This document shows positions 48,112-60,120 of a stretch of 64,000 nucleotides of DNA, one piece after another. Origin of the DNA: Fistulifera solaris (lineage: Eukaryota); the NCBI GenBank assembly GCA_030295235.1, contig AP026151.1:372001-436000 (forward strand), read 5' to 3'. Numbering within the stretch: position 1 is the stretch's first letter; each line of letters begins with the position of its first letter. A model generated the notes under the pieces. That model did not search any database. It was not told the DNA's origin and saw only the letters and a list, made by a program, of their open reading frames with translations. A program made the position numbers and the translations under genes.

Positions 48112-48345
48112 TAGTTGAGAATGTTTGTTCACTTGGAGTCTTGTTTTTGATCTGATTTCTCAGGATTTATCTCGTAGCACAGAATGTAAGCTTTCGAATG
48201 CGCATAGTCCCTATCCATACCAGCTAAAATTGTTACCGGGGTTTCGTGAAACAAGTTTTTGACTAAAAGGTTAAGAACGAAGAAATGTTTATTCCTGAAT
48301 GAATGGCAAGAGTCGTGGGATGTTTTGGTTGTGACTCCTGCATTA

Positions 48346-48810
48346 TTATTTCACGGGTTCGGTGCTTTCTCCACGGCGAACCTGCGTCACGCAGATGGGG
48401 AACGAACATCCACCTTCTTGCACCATGCAAACTTGACTGAAGAGGTGACGGAACGTTTTTTATATCAGAGACGTTGTGTGGTCAGAGTCATACAAAGCAG
48501 TCCCAGGTACTTACTTCCCCGCGCAATCGCGGGATGATTCGCAGAGCGTGCTATCGCCTTTAGCGACGCAGACGACGCGCCCTTCAGTTGTTTTAGCGCA
48601 GGTAACTCCGCCATCACAGGGATCGCCGCGGGATGAGCAATTATTCACTTTGCTTCGATAGTTGCAGCCATCTAACAAGGGCAAGCACAATCCGGTGGAC
48701 CAAAAGAGGGAGCGGTCAAAAGGAGAGGTATCTTCTTTTATCTGCGCGGTATCAGCTGATACCGTAGAGTCCAGCAGGACGAGACTGACTAAAATGAGGA
48801 GAGGCTTCAT
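48346..48810 (-). CDS. Small secreted cysteine-rich protein (11 Cys)
   Basis: Signal peptide MKPLLILVSLVLLDSTVSA. GT-AG intron 48437-48514 joins …CESSRDCAGN to QVCMVQEGGCSFPICVTQ…VK*. Confidence 0.7.
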
Positions 48811-49088
48811 CATTTATGATTGATGACTGGTAAAGATGAGAGTGTGTAATATTCCTCACGGAATGAGAAAAGTGAGCCTTACTGGAAACATGGCGATTTT
48901 TCTCATGAATACATGAAGGAAACTTGGACGTGGATGATAAATAATAATCCTCTATGCAATTTTGTCGGCTTGTTATTCACGCAATCAAGTAGTATTTTCC
49001 CCAAACAAACACAAACTAAATACTTCTTTGTGTCTTGTGTCTATAAGGAATATACTACTGGTACTATTACCAGGTATAGACCGCAAAG

Positions 49089-49155
49089 GGCGTTAATTTC
49101 TGCCTCCAGTACAAGGTTCTACGTAGCGCCTACGGCCAGGCAGAATTTTAACGTC
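49089..49155. repeat. Short dispersed hairpin repeat, copy 2
   Basis: …TTCTGCCTCCAGTACAAGGTTCTACGTAGCGCCTACGGCCAGGCAGAATTTTAACGTC closely matches 3572-3640. Confidence 0.7.
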
Positions 49156-49651
49156 GCCTCCCCGGTATCGTACCAGAACGATCTGAAATCGTCGCATGTC
49201 GACGGATGCAATCAAAAACCGAAGACCGTCTCGTAACCAATGAGTTACAAACTAACTCATTGCTCGTACCATCAGAGCTTCAATTATCTGACCAGTGCTC
49301 TGAACTCCCGTCTCATCAACCGACTAAGATTCCAGATTCCTATTTTCTCTGTTGGCGCGCGTCTCCTCAGAACGGGGAAAGATTGCTCAGTTTAACAATA
49401 CACTCATTGTGTGAAAGTAGATGAGCCAAGTTGTTGGCTGCTTTTGGACCGCTTTGTAGGCTAGAATGGAAGTCTCCGCCGTAAAGCCTAAGCTTCACTC
49501 TATACCTTCCACTCTTGGCACGGGACTCGCTTCTGGGACTAAATGTCATGTCCGTCCGCCCATCCTCCATTCAGGGCCCGGACGGAAACACAAAACCAGT
49601 AAACATTTTTTCAAAAATAATTTTTAAAAACGCGTCGCTCTGATTTCTCCA

Positions 49652-50434
49652 ATGACTGAATTTCATCGTTTACCATCCAAGCACGATGAGAAACACTCAC
49701 AAGAATGGGAAATGCTTAATGCCGAGGCCGAAATAAGGGCCAAGAAGGAGCCGACAGCCCCCATGCCCGATTTGGATCATTTAACGTCGGACGATTTTCA
49801 GCACGTCTACGAACCAGCCTCGGATACTTTTCTTCTCATTGATGCCATCCAGTATGAACTCCGTTCGGGACTTTTCCGGGATCGGTTAGAACCGGTAATC
49901 GCCTTGGAGCTGGGTTGTGGAACGGCTGTCCCTTCCGTATTTCTACGACGGCATTGGCAAGACGTCAAGTATTTTCGACCGACGCTTCTTTCGTTTGCCA
50001 CGGATGTCAACCCACGCGCACTTGAAGTAGCCCAAATGACTGCGAAAATATCTGATCCAGATCCTCATTTCTTTGAATTTGTTCGATGTGATTTGGCCTC
50101 GTCATTACTTGATGGCTTGCATCGTCGTGTTTCGATTCTTCTCTTCAATCCACCGTATGTGTCGACACCGGATGAGGAAGTCGGTGGCGTTGATATTGAA
50201 GCTTCTTGGGCGGGAGGGGAAAACGGCCGTCGAGTCGTTGATCGAGCTATCAGTCAAATCGAACACGTGTTGGAAAAACCCTCTGGGGTAGCCTACTTGG
50301 TAACAGTCGACGACAACAATCCGTTTGAACTCGCTCAAAGATTCCAACAACTTGGTTTGAAAATGAGGCCTTTGCTTCGTCGAAAAGCCTTCAACGAGAG
50401 ATTAACAATTCAAAAAGTGGAATGGATATCATAA
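49652..50434 (+). CDS. N6AMT1: HemK2/N6AMT1 (Mtq2) eRF1 glutamine methyltransferase
   Basis: VYEPASDTFLLID, LELGCG, TDVNPRA, LFNPPYV, SWAGGENGRRVVD, E.L near the C-terminus: Mtq2/HemK2 signature set. Confidence 0.93.
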   Translation: MTEFHRLPSKHDEKHSQEWEMLNAEAEIRAKKEPTAPMPDLDHLTSDDFQHVYEPASDTFLLIDAIQYELRSGLFRDRLEPVIALELGCGTAVPSVFLRRHWQDVKYFRPTLLSFATDVNPRALEVAQMTAKISDPDPHFFEFVRCDLASSLLDGLHRRVSILLFNPPYVSTPDEEVGGVDIEASWAGGENGRRVVDRAISQIEHVLEKPSGVAYLVTVDDNNPFELAQRFQQLGLKMRPLLRRKAFNERLTIQKVEWIS

Positions 50435-50555
50435 AAGACGTACAGTACCCCTACATAATTCAAAGTTCGGGTGCTTGTCTTTTTGTACGATTGCTTGACC
50501 CACAAGCACATATAAACCTAAACCTAATTTATACCTCTAATACCTAATGTAACAA

Positions 50556-51306
50556 TCAGACCAGAGACCTTAAAATAGCAGACTTTCCAGCTTTCGCTCC
50601 TCCTTCCACAATGGGTTTGATTTGGTGTGTCGGCTTGAACTTTTTTGTCTCGCTTTCAAACGTCTTGCCTTCTTTTTCCGCTCGTCGACGCTTGCGTTCT
50701 TCGATCTTATCAATCTTTTGCCGGTTTCTACCAATTGCTTGTAGGCTGCTGTTTCTTTTCGCGCCTGCATCGTTTCCAGTCGCAGCTTTTGTTCCTTCAC
50801 GCGTCGTTCGTAGGCGACCTTTTCCGTCAAGTGACTCCATTCAAATTTGGACAAATACTTGAGCACCCACAGATCTCCATAATGAGCGCTGCGTTTGTAA
50901 TTCGTAATAGGTGTTGAATTGAGTGATGCGGCAACATGTTTCGCGACTTTCTTGGAAGCAAATTCAATCCATCCTTCCACGTAACGCTTCGACCCATTGC
51001 CCGACAGCTTCCTTCGTCGTTTCCGGACGGCGGCGTCCTCTTCAGCCAAGTAAACACGTGTGATCTCTCCAAAGTCGCCAAGTAGCGTCTTTACTTTGGT
51101 GGGCGTCATACGGGGAGGAATGCGTGCTAAATAAACGATGCCTCTCTTTTCAGTTTCGCGTTGAAATCTTCCGTTTTACGCAGCGAAAGCTTGTGAACTT
51201 TTTTGTTCGACGGCTTCTCTACAGGGTCATCGTTTTGACTGTCTACCGAGCCTTCGTCGCTTCCGCTTTGCACAGTTTCCTCATTCTCCTCTTCGCTTGT
51301 TGTCAT
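50556..51306 (-). CDS. ESF2: Pre-rRNA processing factor Esf2/ABT1
   Basis: [18 protein letters not shown]…[17 protein letters not shown]…[23 protein letters not shown]. Start MTTSEEEN at 51306; frameshifts near 51150 and 50720. Confidence 0.92.
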
Positions 51307-52567
51307 TTCTCGAGTTGAGCCTGAAATGCTTGCTACAAATAATAGTCAGGAACCTTGGTCAGGAACAAATGCTGTTGAAGACGAGAGTTTGTTGGTCGGT
51401 GCGGGTGCGCTTTTTTTTGTTAAACTCGAAAAAACGGTCGACGGTCAGCCTGTAATCCCGAGCCTTATTTATTTATTGGCCATTGGTAGTACTGTACCAT
51501 AGACCATAGGCAATGTCCTTGACCCTTGACCTTACTGTACAGTACACAGTACTGCGTAGGAAGCCAACGTTACTGGTAGATCGATGTCCACGTCACCATT
51601 TCGGAATACTCTGGCAAATCAAAAGGTACTTAATGGTCTATAGACAAAGTGACAATAGACGAAGTGACAAGGTGAATTAATGAAGAACATCAAGGAGGAG
51701 CCGTATGTAACTTTAATCAACGGAAAGTACATTGATAACACAATAGCGTTTTATGTAATAAGTGTTTAAATACTATTATTCTAGTACCAAGTCGTAAGTC
51801 GTAATTAGTAATTAGGGGTTCTCAGGTGGGACTTTCTATGTAAGTTTGAGAGAGAGTCATAAAGTACCACCCACGATCCGATGTACAAGTAAAACTACAG
51901 TTTTTGGATTTTTAGGGACTTGCGGACTTTGAGATGATGTTTTAGAGACCGCGGATTGTATGTTGTATGTGAAAGATTACAAAAGGTGAAGTTTGAAAAT
52001 TCAAATTAACTAAAATATTTCTTAATTCCAAATAATTTGCTTTCATGCTTCTATAATAGCAATATTCTTGTAATTATCCCGTAGTTCAGAATAATATTTT
52101 GAGAATAAAAATAGAAAAAGACAAAATAAAAATGTGATGACCCCCGCCAAGTTTCACGTCGTCTGTCGTGTGGAACTCACTCGCTCGAACACTGTTCACT
52201 GTTCACCTTTCAGTATAGACCTCCAAGTACAGCTGGTGTTTCGTCGAGTGGATCTTCGTTCAAAAATGGCGCGTAACTTCTAACGGACCCTAGAGATTTC
52301 TATTTCTAAGTAATGTCACCCAACCGAACCGACTGCGGCTCGGCCGGCGACAAGCCTCTTACACCCTTGTATGGCGAAAATTTGGTGCAATTTTTTTATA
52401 CGCGTGGGGTGGACGAATAGCGATTGGAGGGAAGCCGATTACGTTGCACATGAGAGCTCTGCCAACGTTCAACGTATACTTTCCGATGGAGGCACAATCT
52501 CTCCATTATTTCTTTTCGAAAAAGACTCTTGCGTGAAACGGAGCGTTTGAACGACACGGAAGTCATC

Positions 52568-55500
52568 ATGGGTATTATTGAGCAATCAAACAACGATGAG
52601 AATGAAATAGATGGTAAGAGAGCATGTAATCTTGAGTCGTTTCGATGTCGGCTTCTCATCATCTAACTTATGCCGTTTTCACTCGGGATGATGAAAAAAT
52701 TAGCCGCTATTGAATATCAAGCCTCCTATCAATGTACCTCTACTGATGAAACAGAAGGAGATATAGCCAATCAAAGCATGTCGAAGTTGGATGAGGAGAA
52801 TGCGTCGGTTTACACACAGAACGAAGTCAACAAAATGGCAATTACAGATTGCGAAGAGTCGTCGCTTTCTCAAGACTTCGCGACCTCGAAAAATGGGGAT
52901 GGTTCTGAAGATGATCTTGTTTTAGACTCCCAAAGTTCATTGGGGGAAGCGCCTTTAACATGCTCTCAAAAGTGGACTAAATTCGTCTTAAGAACACAAG
53001 TTCCATTGCATAGATTCCTGCACTTTGTGACCAGTCGGTCGGCGAGAAACCCGAGGAAAACTGTGGTGGGGATGACTTTATTGGCTTTGATTATCATGGC
53101 TATCGGCCTATCAACAAACTTCAAAATTGATGTCGACGAAGACTCCCTCTGGACCCCACGTGGGTCTAATGCTGCGATAGATCAAAAATGGATCAAAGAA
53201 GAGTCGGGCTTCAAGCCGGAACCAAGATGGTTTGTTCTGTTATTCCATTTCGAAGGACAAAATGTTTTAGGTCAAAGTCAAGTACAGCGCATGTTCGACG
53301 TTCTGGATGGTATTCGTGCCGTAGAAGGATATGATGAAATGTGCGAAGCGTCGGATTTTATCGATGTCAACGGTGTACGAACGTGTGAAATCAATGGTCC
53401 ACCACAGATTTGGAACACATCATCAGCGTTCTTCCAGAGTAACGTCACCTCGGATGAAGAAGCCATTGAGGGACTTTCTGTGCGCTTCATGTCAGACTTG
53501 TTTCCTGTGGTTGAAGAACTTTTCTACGGCTATCCGCAGCGCGACGAAAATGACTTGCTGACTAGCGTGACGTCGTATTCTATCTTCATTCACTTCCCAC
53601 ATGTTGATCTCGCAGAGGACGTTGAGGAGAAGGCGCTTGACGTCGTCCTGGACTTTCAACAACGATGGAAAGAAGATCCCGAATCCAATCTTTATGTGGA
53701 AGTAGCTGCGGAACGCTCTTTTCCAGATGAGTTCACCAGAGCCATTATTGCCGACATTCCTCTTGGTAAGATACAAGTTTTACTTTTATTTACTCAAAAT
53801 CTCAAGGTTTGTTTTGTACTCACATCGTGCTCGATTTTGTTTTATTTTAGTCCCTGTTGTCTTCTTCCTGATGAGCTCCTTCACATGTGCAGTCTTTTTC
53901 AAAAGACATAAAGTTCAGTCCAGAACCATGCTTGGAATCTCCGCGGTGGTCGGTGTTCTTTTGAGTATGTGCTTTTCCTACGGATTGCTGTTTATCTTTG
54001 GTGTACCTTTTACGTCTATTACCCAGATGTTACCCTTTATCATCTTCGGTATCGGCATGGACGACTCTTTTATTGTGATTGGGGCTTACACTCGGGCTGA
54101 CCCCCGGAAATCTGCAGTGGAGCGGATTGAGGAAACCTTTGATCTGGTGGGCATCAGCATTACGATGACGTCCCTTACCTCTGCTTTAGCATTTGCGGTT
54201 GGATGCACCTCCACAGTTCCGGCAGTTTATTGGGTGTGCCTGTATGCCTCTCCCGCCGTTCTCATGGTTTACTTCTATCAGCTCACGTTTTTCGTCGGCT
54301 GCATTGTGTTGGATCAGCAGAGAATAGATCAGCAACGACGCGACTGCTGTGTCTGGCAAACGGTGCCTGCTTCGGAAAAAGAAGACCAAGAAAATGAGGA
54401 GGGTTGCGAAGAAGCGACGCAAAATAGCTCTGAGGGTTCTTATGCTGATGAGTTTTTCCTTGACCGCTTCATGCTGCCGTACGCCGAATTTCTCTTGCGT
54501 CCGTGGGTGAAAGTGTTGGTACTGATCGCATTTGCGGCTTTCTCCGTGCTCTGTGCCTTAAGTGCCACGAAACTTCGCCAGGACTTCAAATTCAAAGATG
54601 TTCTACCAAGTGATTCCTACATTACTCCGTTCATACAAGGACGGCAGGATTACACTGCTCGCAGTCACTTGCTTACTTATGTCTACTTTCGAGATGTGAA
54701 CCAAAGTGACCCGGTTATCCAAGAGCAGATGACTGAATACATTGATGACCTTGTTGAGATGGAAGCCATCACAGGGCCTCCCGATTTGTTTTGGTTGCGA
54801 GAATTGGGACTCTATGTTGACAACTTCACGCTACACGAGTATTCCTTCGATGAGCAGCTTGATTCTTTTCTCTCGGTAAAGATCATCAACAAAGTTTTCG
54901 GAAATGACGTTCTTCGGGATAGCGAGGATAACATTATCGCATCTCGCTGCTTGATTGATATGGGAAATCTGGATGCAGACGACATCAAAGGCCAAATTGA
55001 AGCGCTGGAAGATCAGGAACGAATCACCAACGAGCAACCAGTTAACGAAGGAAAAGCGCGCAAAGCATTTTTCACGTACTCGAGAGCCTACAATATCTGG
55101 GAGTTTTATGCTACATCCGTGAGTCAACTCACCTCCTCGGCTGTTACGGGTGTCATCGCAGTGAGTCTTGTCACTGTTTTCATGATTCCCCATTACACTT
55201 CAGTGTTTGTCGTCTTCCCGGTCATGTGCGTCCTTTACATTGACATGCTTGGTGTGATGCAATGGGCCGGTGTGGCGATTAACCCCGTCTCGTACGTTGC
55301 CTTGTCGATGTCGATCGGACTCATTGTGGACTTCTTAATGCACGTCTTGTTGAGGTACTATGAGTCTGAAGGTAATCGTCGCGAAAAGGTGATTGAAACG
55401 TTGACATCGATGGGCTCCTCTATCATGCTTGGGGGTATTACCACCTTTTTGGGAACAGTCCCGTTGATGTTCAGCACCAGCGAAATCTTTTATATCATCT

Positions 55501-55691
55501 TCGTCGCCTTCATGGCGCTGGTGCTTCTCGGAGTAAGTCATGGTATCATTTTATTGCCAGTAATTCTCTCGCTGGTCGGAACAGAAGAGCAAGTGTCTAC
55601 CAAGGCAATGAGGACGAAAGATCCTGCGGCTTTTGAAGACAAAACACCTCAGCCCGAGCCTATCTCGGATGCTGAAGGTCAAACACAATAG
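52568..55691 (+). CDS. Patched/Niemann-Pick C1-like sterol-sensing-domain RND transporter
   Basis: About 12 TM helices; SLWTPRGS, SSD motif PFIIFGIGMDDSF, GISITMTSLT, second-half SIGLIVDFLMH, HGIILLPVILS. Introns ~52615-52720 and 53766-53850. Confidence 0.92.
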
Positions 55692-56142
55692 TAAAAATTG
55701 TTAACGAAATTTATGAAATTGAAAGAAAGACTCCTCTTCCTAAAGATTCTTTCTTAGTCAGAATTAGCTCTCGTTGTAGTGCTTTGAAGTAGAACGACGA
55801 CAACAAGCCGCAGAGCCGAGGAACGAAGCATCGCCAGATGTTTCCATGGCTGGCAACTGATCTCTCAAGTCATGGTTTCCGTAGTTTCGATGCAACACCA
55901 GACATTGGGTAACACCAGCTGATAATGAAAAAGCATTCTTTCGTATAGGTAGTTTACAAGACGGTACTGATAGGAGACCCGTGCACCCGGGACTAAAAAC
56001 TGCTTCCATCACTTTCACTTGCATTTTTCAAAGCAAACATGTTCGATATTTTTTGTCGATGAGCTCGATGTGCATTGCTCGATGCATTGCTCTATGTCTT
56101 CTATTCTACATCCAAGCCCTCTTATCTCACTTTACAACAACA

Positions 56143-56916
56143 ATGACAGGACGGGTTCAAATTGTTGTCTTTATGAGACACGGCATTGCTGTTCACAACG
56201 TACGCGATTCCCGAAACCATTCGGCGCCCGATCATCGCGATGTTCGATTTTGGGATCCTCCGTTGGTGTATCAGGGTGTTGTACGGGCTGTGGAGGCAGG
56301 AATACATGTGCAACGATGGATGCAGGAGCATACGAAGCTTCGTCGGATTGAGCTATTCGTAACGTCGCCGTTGACGAGATGCATACAGACGACGACGCTC
56401 GCGTTTCTCAGAGGCAACGACTACGAGCATCCGCCTCCTCCGATTGTCTGTGTCGAAGATGTGCGCGAAGCTTATGGTATTTACTATCCAGATAAAAGAA
56501 GAGAAAAGTCAAAATTAAAAGTAAGTGCTGCTGATCTAGTCGCTATCCGCTGTCATCGAGTTGTTTTTACTGACGTAGCTTTTGTCAAGAGCGTGTGGCC
56601 ACAAGTCGAGTTCTCCGAAAGCATGACCGAACACGACGACGATTGGAACGAAGATAGGCGTGAGAATTTCGCAGACGTGAATGCTCGCGTCGATCGTTTC
56701 CTGGCTTGGTTAGTGCACAGACCTGAATCTCAAATTGTGGTAGTCACACACGGTGTCTGGATGGAGTCTCTCTTTCGAGTTCACTGCAGTACAGCTTTGC
56801 GTGAAGATCAACGCGTTCATAATTGCGATGCGTTTGCGTGTGAGATCGTTTCGAAAGATGGCGTTTTTCAGCAAATCGGGAGGACGCAGCATATTTCGGG
56901 CTTTTCACATCACTAG
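56143..56916 (+). CDS. Histidine phosphatase (phosphoglycerate mutase-like) superfamily protein
   Basis: MRHG…HN, DPPL, SPLTRCIQT, VRE, VVTHG, NCD. Probable in-frame 69-nt intron 56521-56589. Confidence 0.9.
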   Translation: MTGRVQIVVFMRHGIAVHNVRDSRNHSAPDHRDVRFWDPPLVYQGVVRAVEAGIHVQRWMQEHTKLRRIELFVTSPLTRCIQTTTLAFLRGNDYEHPPPPIVCVEDVREAYGIYYPDKRREKSKLKVSAADLVAIRCHRVVFTDVAFVKSVWPQVEFSESMTEHDDDWNEDRRENFADVNARVDRFLAWLVHRPESQIVVVTHGVWMESLFRVHCSTALREDQRVHNCDAFACEIVSKDGVFQQIGRTQHISGFSHH

Positions 56917-57118
56917 CACAAAAAAACTCATTCTATGTTGATTCGTGCTGACTTTGGCGTATGAATCGTATGAAACAGCCCGAAACTTGACCGGACGTGG
57001 GATTTAAAGAAGTGGCTTCATTCAATACTTTTGGGAATGCCGAGCAAGCTCACATGAGCACCGTCTCTCTGTCGAATGTTAACGAAACGGACCTGCATTC
57101 AAAATATTGCATTGCCGG

Positions 57119-58809
57119 TCATGTGCATTCATCAGCTCTGAGTAGAGCATCTTTTTTCGCATAAATGCCGCCTGCGAAAAAGACAACTGCAATACCAGCC
57201 TGCAGTAACGATGCTTAGCTTTTGTGAAAAAGAAAGGATAAGACGCCATTTCAAACTTACTGCACAGTATCCTGCTGATACATAAATGTGGAACTCTTTT
57301 GGGTTAGGGAAATAGCAAAGCCAAGGCAAACGACAAAAGCTGAAAGAAAGCGTTCAAGCTCTGTTGTGTTCCCCCAACTTGGCCCCGGATTCCAGCAGGA
57401 ACTGGGGAAATCTTGATTAGTGTGTTTAAACAATAAACATTAAATAGCAATCTCACATCTCATCAGGACTTTCACTTACTGTATTGCTGCATCAATTGTG
57501 TTACGCTGATGTCAAATACCCATAGACCAACACGGCTGCAGCAAACACCTCCAATCAATAAACTCGTCGATGTCAAGTAATCCTTGACGAAAAGAGATGA
57601 AAAACTGACGGATATGCAACAAAATTGATACAGGATACTCCACATGCCGGTGTGGATGAGCGTCGTACGGTTGACGGAAAAGTGGAATACAAATGTCCCG
57701 CACAAACCAACGGCGGCGGAAATTCCTCGCCATATGCCCACCGTCTCCAAACGCATTCCTCTCCACGCCAGATAGCCCGTCATAAGTCCACCGAAGGTGA
57801 GAGCATTCAAGTATCTAAGATCAAGTTGAGTGTCAGTAAAGGCATTTCGATAGCCAATTAGAGGAGTGTCGACTTACAACAAGGCAAGGCCGAGACCCGC
57901 CCACGCCACATCTTGATTCAGGTATATTGTCAGCGCGGAAGGAAGTCCGACCCTTCGACAGTTCTTATTATTTGGGAGCTCACTCTCAAAAGGAACCGGC
58001 GCCCGATGCGTTCTTTCGGCTAGTTTCGGAATGAGATGGTAGATCCGATGGGTGCAAGAGTATTCCACGAGTAAAGCCGCTACGTTGACAGCACCTACCA
58101 CCAGTGCGGCACTGGCTAAATCACTACCGCCGGTTGGCTGCTGCGAGTCGTCAAACGCTCCGAGAACTAATCCGGCGAGGGCGGGTGCAACAATTCGACA
58201 ACTCAGATCAATCTGTTTCATCATGACATTGGTCTCGGATAACCATTTCTGTGTCTTGGGGGACCCTTTCGGACCCACTTCTTGACTCAGAATCACCACC
58301 CAGTCTCGTTCAATGGCGACTAAGAAACCGGCATCCAGTAGACTGGCCACCGAACCCCAGAAATGAATGCCGATGAGTAAGGAGAGGGACCAAGGCGTCA
58401 ACGCACCCACCGGAAAATTCCCCTCCTCCCAGGATGAGGGTACCGCAGTCTCTTCTTCCGTGGATGAATGATGGAGTAGCAGATAGCACAAGATCGTCGC
58501 CAGAACGACACTGAGATTTTCCGTCCAAATGAAAAACGTCGCGGCAAAGAGTCGATTCGATCCGTCGACAAATCGACCCGCTTGGGCGCCCAGCAAGAAA
58601 ATAGTGAGTCCCGATGCCACTCCATATGTCGAGATGAGAAAGAGTGACTGGTAATTGGTAAAGGCCGCCAAAAACAAAATGAGAGCAAACTGCCAAGCGG
58701 CTTCCGAGAACTGAGCAAAAAAATGAGACACATAGAGCAGTCGACGCGCTTTTTTCAGGGGCTCTCCGTCCGTTTCGTTTCTGGTAATGAGTTCGCTTGT
58801 TTCATTCAT
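57119..58809 (-). CDS. FPN1: Ferroportin (SLC40/IREG) metal exporter
   Basis: LYVSHFFAQFSEAAWQF, VAIERDWVV, MKQIDLSCRIVAP, LYLNALTFGGLMTGYL, SRVGLWVFDISVTQLMQ, RGQVGGTQQSLN. Three introns (57815-57877, ~57402-57478, ~57200-57262). Confidence 0.92.
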
Positions 58810-59318
58810 GCTACGAGTGTGTTGATGTGTGATTGGTAATGCCATTCTTATTATTCATGTTCTGTCGGCTATTGGCAGTTATAATGATGTGTCTTTATTC
58901 GTCTCATCATTGTCGCGTGTGGCAGTCGCGTCGCAAAAATAAATCATTGAGAACAGCTATGGCCCTCAACCTTAATGTGTGGGGTCTTAAAATAAAATAA
59001 AATAAAAATTGAGAGTTAACCGTAGCGCAAAACGTCGCGAGACTTTGCTAGGGCGACAATGATTGGTATTCTCGAGAAGTGTAAATGGCAATTCTAGCGG
59101 ACCCCAAAGAGAAGCATGCTCTAGTCGAAATTGCTGCTTACAATAACTTTGTTATCCTATCAACGCTAGTAAGGAAGAAGAACATGTCACGGCTTTACAT
59201 CTTGTGTTTTGAAAGATCTAGCTAGGAACATTTCCTAAAGCATAACTGCGATAGGCTCTAAGAAAAAATACAAGCGCTAGCGTCTTAAAAAGAACCGAAT
59301 TCATCCAAACCATCTCTA

Positions 59319-59774
59319 CTATTCCCTCGAATCGATGGAGGAAAGGCAAGCTCGCCAGACTTGATCTCGCACGGCCGGCTGTCCGGCAAAGTCCGCCAGA
59401 GTCGCGCGAAACGCCTCGGGACTGTCAAAGTTCGTCGCCGAAGCACCCGCCTGTTTCAAAATGCTGTACACTTGTTCCACCAACTGACGCTTGTGTACAT
59501 CGTTGACCCGCAAGATCTGTTGCACGGCACCGTCGTAGTCACTGACACTCCAAAAACCGGCCAAGCTACCCACGATTCCCCCCAACAAACCTCCCACCGG
59601 TCCAAACAATAAACCTCCGGCGACGGCACCTCCTCCGGCCATGAGGCCTTGTTTCAAAGATTGCGTTCCGGTCTGGCGCATGTCCTGGTTGTTTTGCAGA
59701 AATTCCATCAATTCGTGGAATGAAAATTCCACCGTAGGATTCGGAATCGGCTCGGCGGCCGGGTAATCGTCCAT
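59319..59774 (-). CDS. C19orf12-like glycine-zipper membrane protein
   Basis: ELMEFL…MRQTGTQSLKQGLMAGGGAVAGGLLFGPVGGLLGGIVGSLAGFW…QQIL…KRQL matches by eye the C19orf12 pattern in both length and glycine-zipper layout. Confidence 0.7.
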   Translation of the reverse strand: MDDYPAAEPIPNPTVEFSFHELMEFLQNNQDMRQTGTQSLKQGLMAGGGAVAGGLLFGPVGGLLGGIVGSLAGFWSVSDYDGAVQQILRVNDVHKRQLVEQVYSILKQAGASATNFDSPEAFRATLADFAGQPAVRDQVWRACLSSIDSRE

Positions 59775-60120
59775 TTGTGGCGTAATAAAATGAAATGTGA
59801 GGTTCTAAGATAGCGGAGTTATTCGAATAAGGTTGTTTGTTAGATGTTACCAGGTACATCAATAAAAAGGACGATGTTTTTATGTGATTGAAAAACGCGA
59901 CACTGCATCTCGCGAGCGACGACATACTCCTCAACGAGCAGAGCACGTTTTACAAATATGAATTAAAATACCGATGCGCCAGATGTCGATTTACAAATAC
60001 CTCAAGCGAATATTCTCCACTTTTCATCTTGTCCTTTATTCTTTGAAAGGCTGGCTAAAATAAAGCAAATGACAGTGTTCATGGCTTTTCAATGAGTTGT
60101 ATAGCATAATTAACTTAATG

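Noticed and set aside
862..51306. Pseudogenes or programmed ribosomal frameshifting in housekeeping genes
   Set aside because: The genes are essential, motifs are intact on both sides of each shift, and no shared slippery-site signature is evident; sequencing error is more parsimonious.
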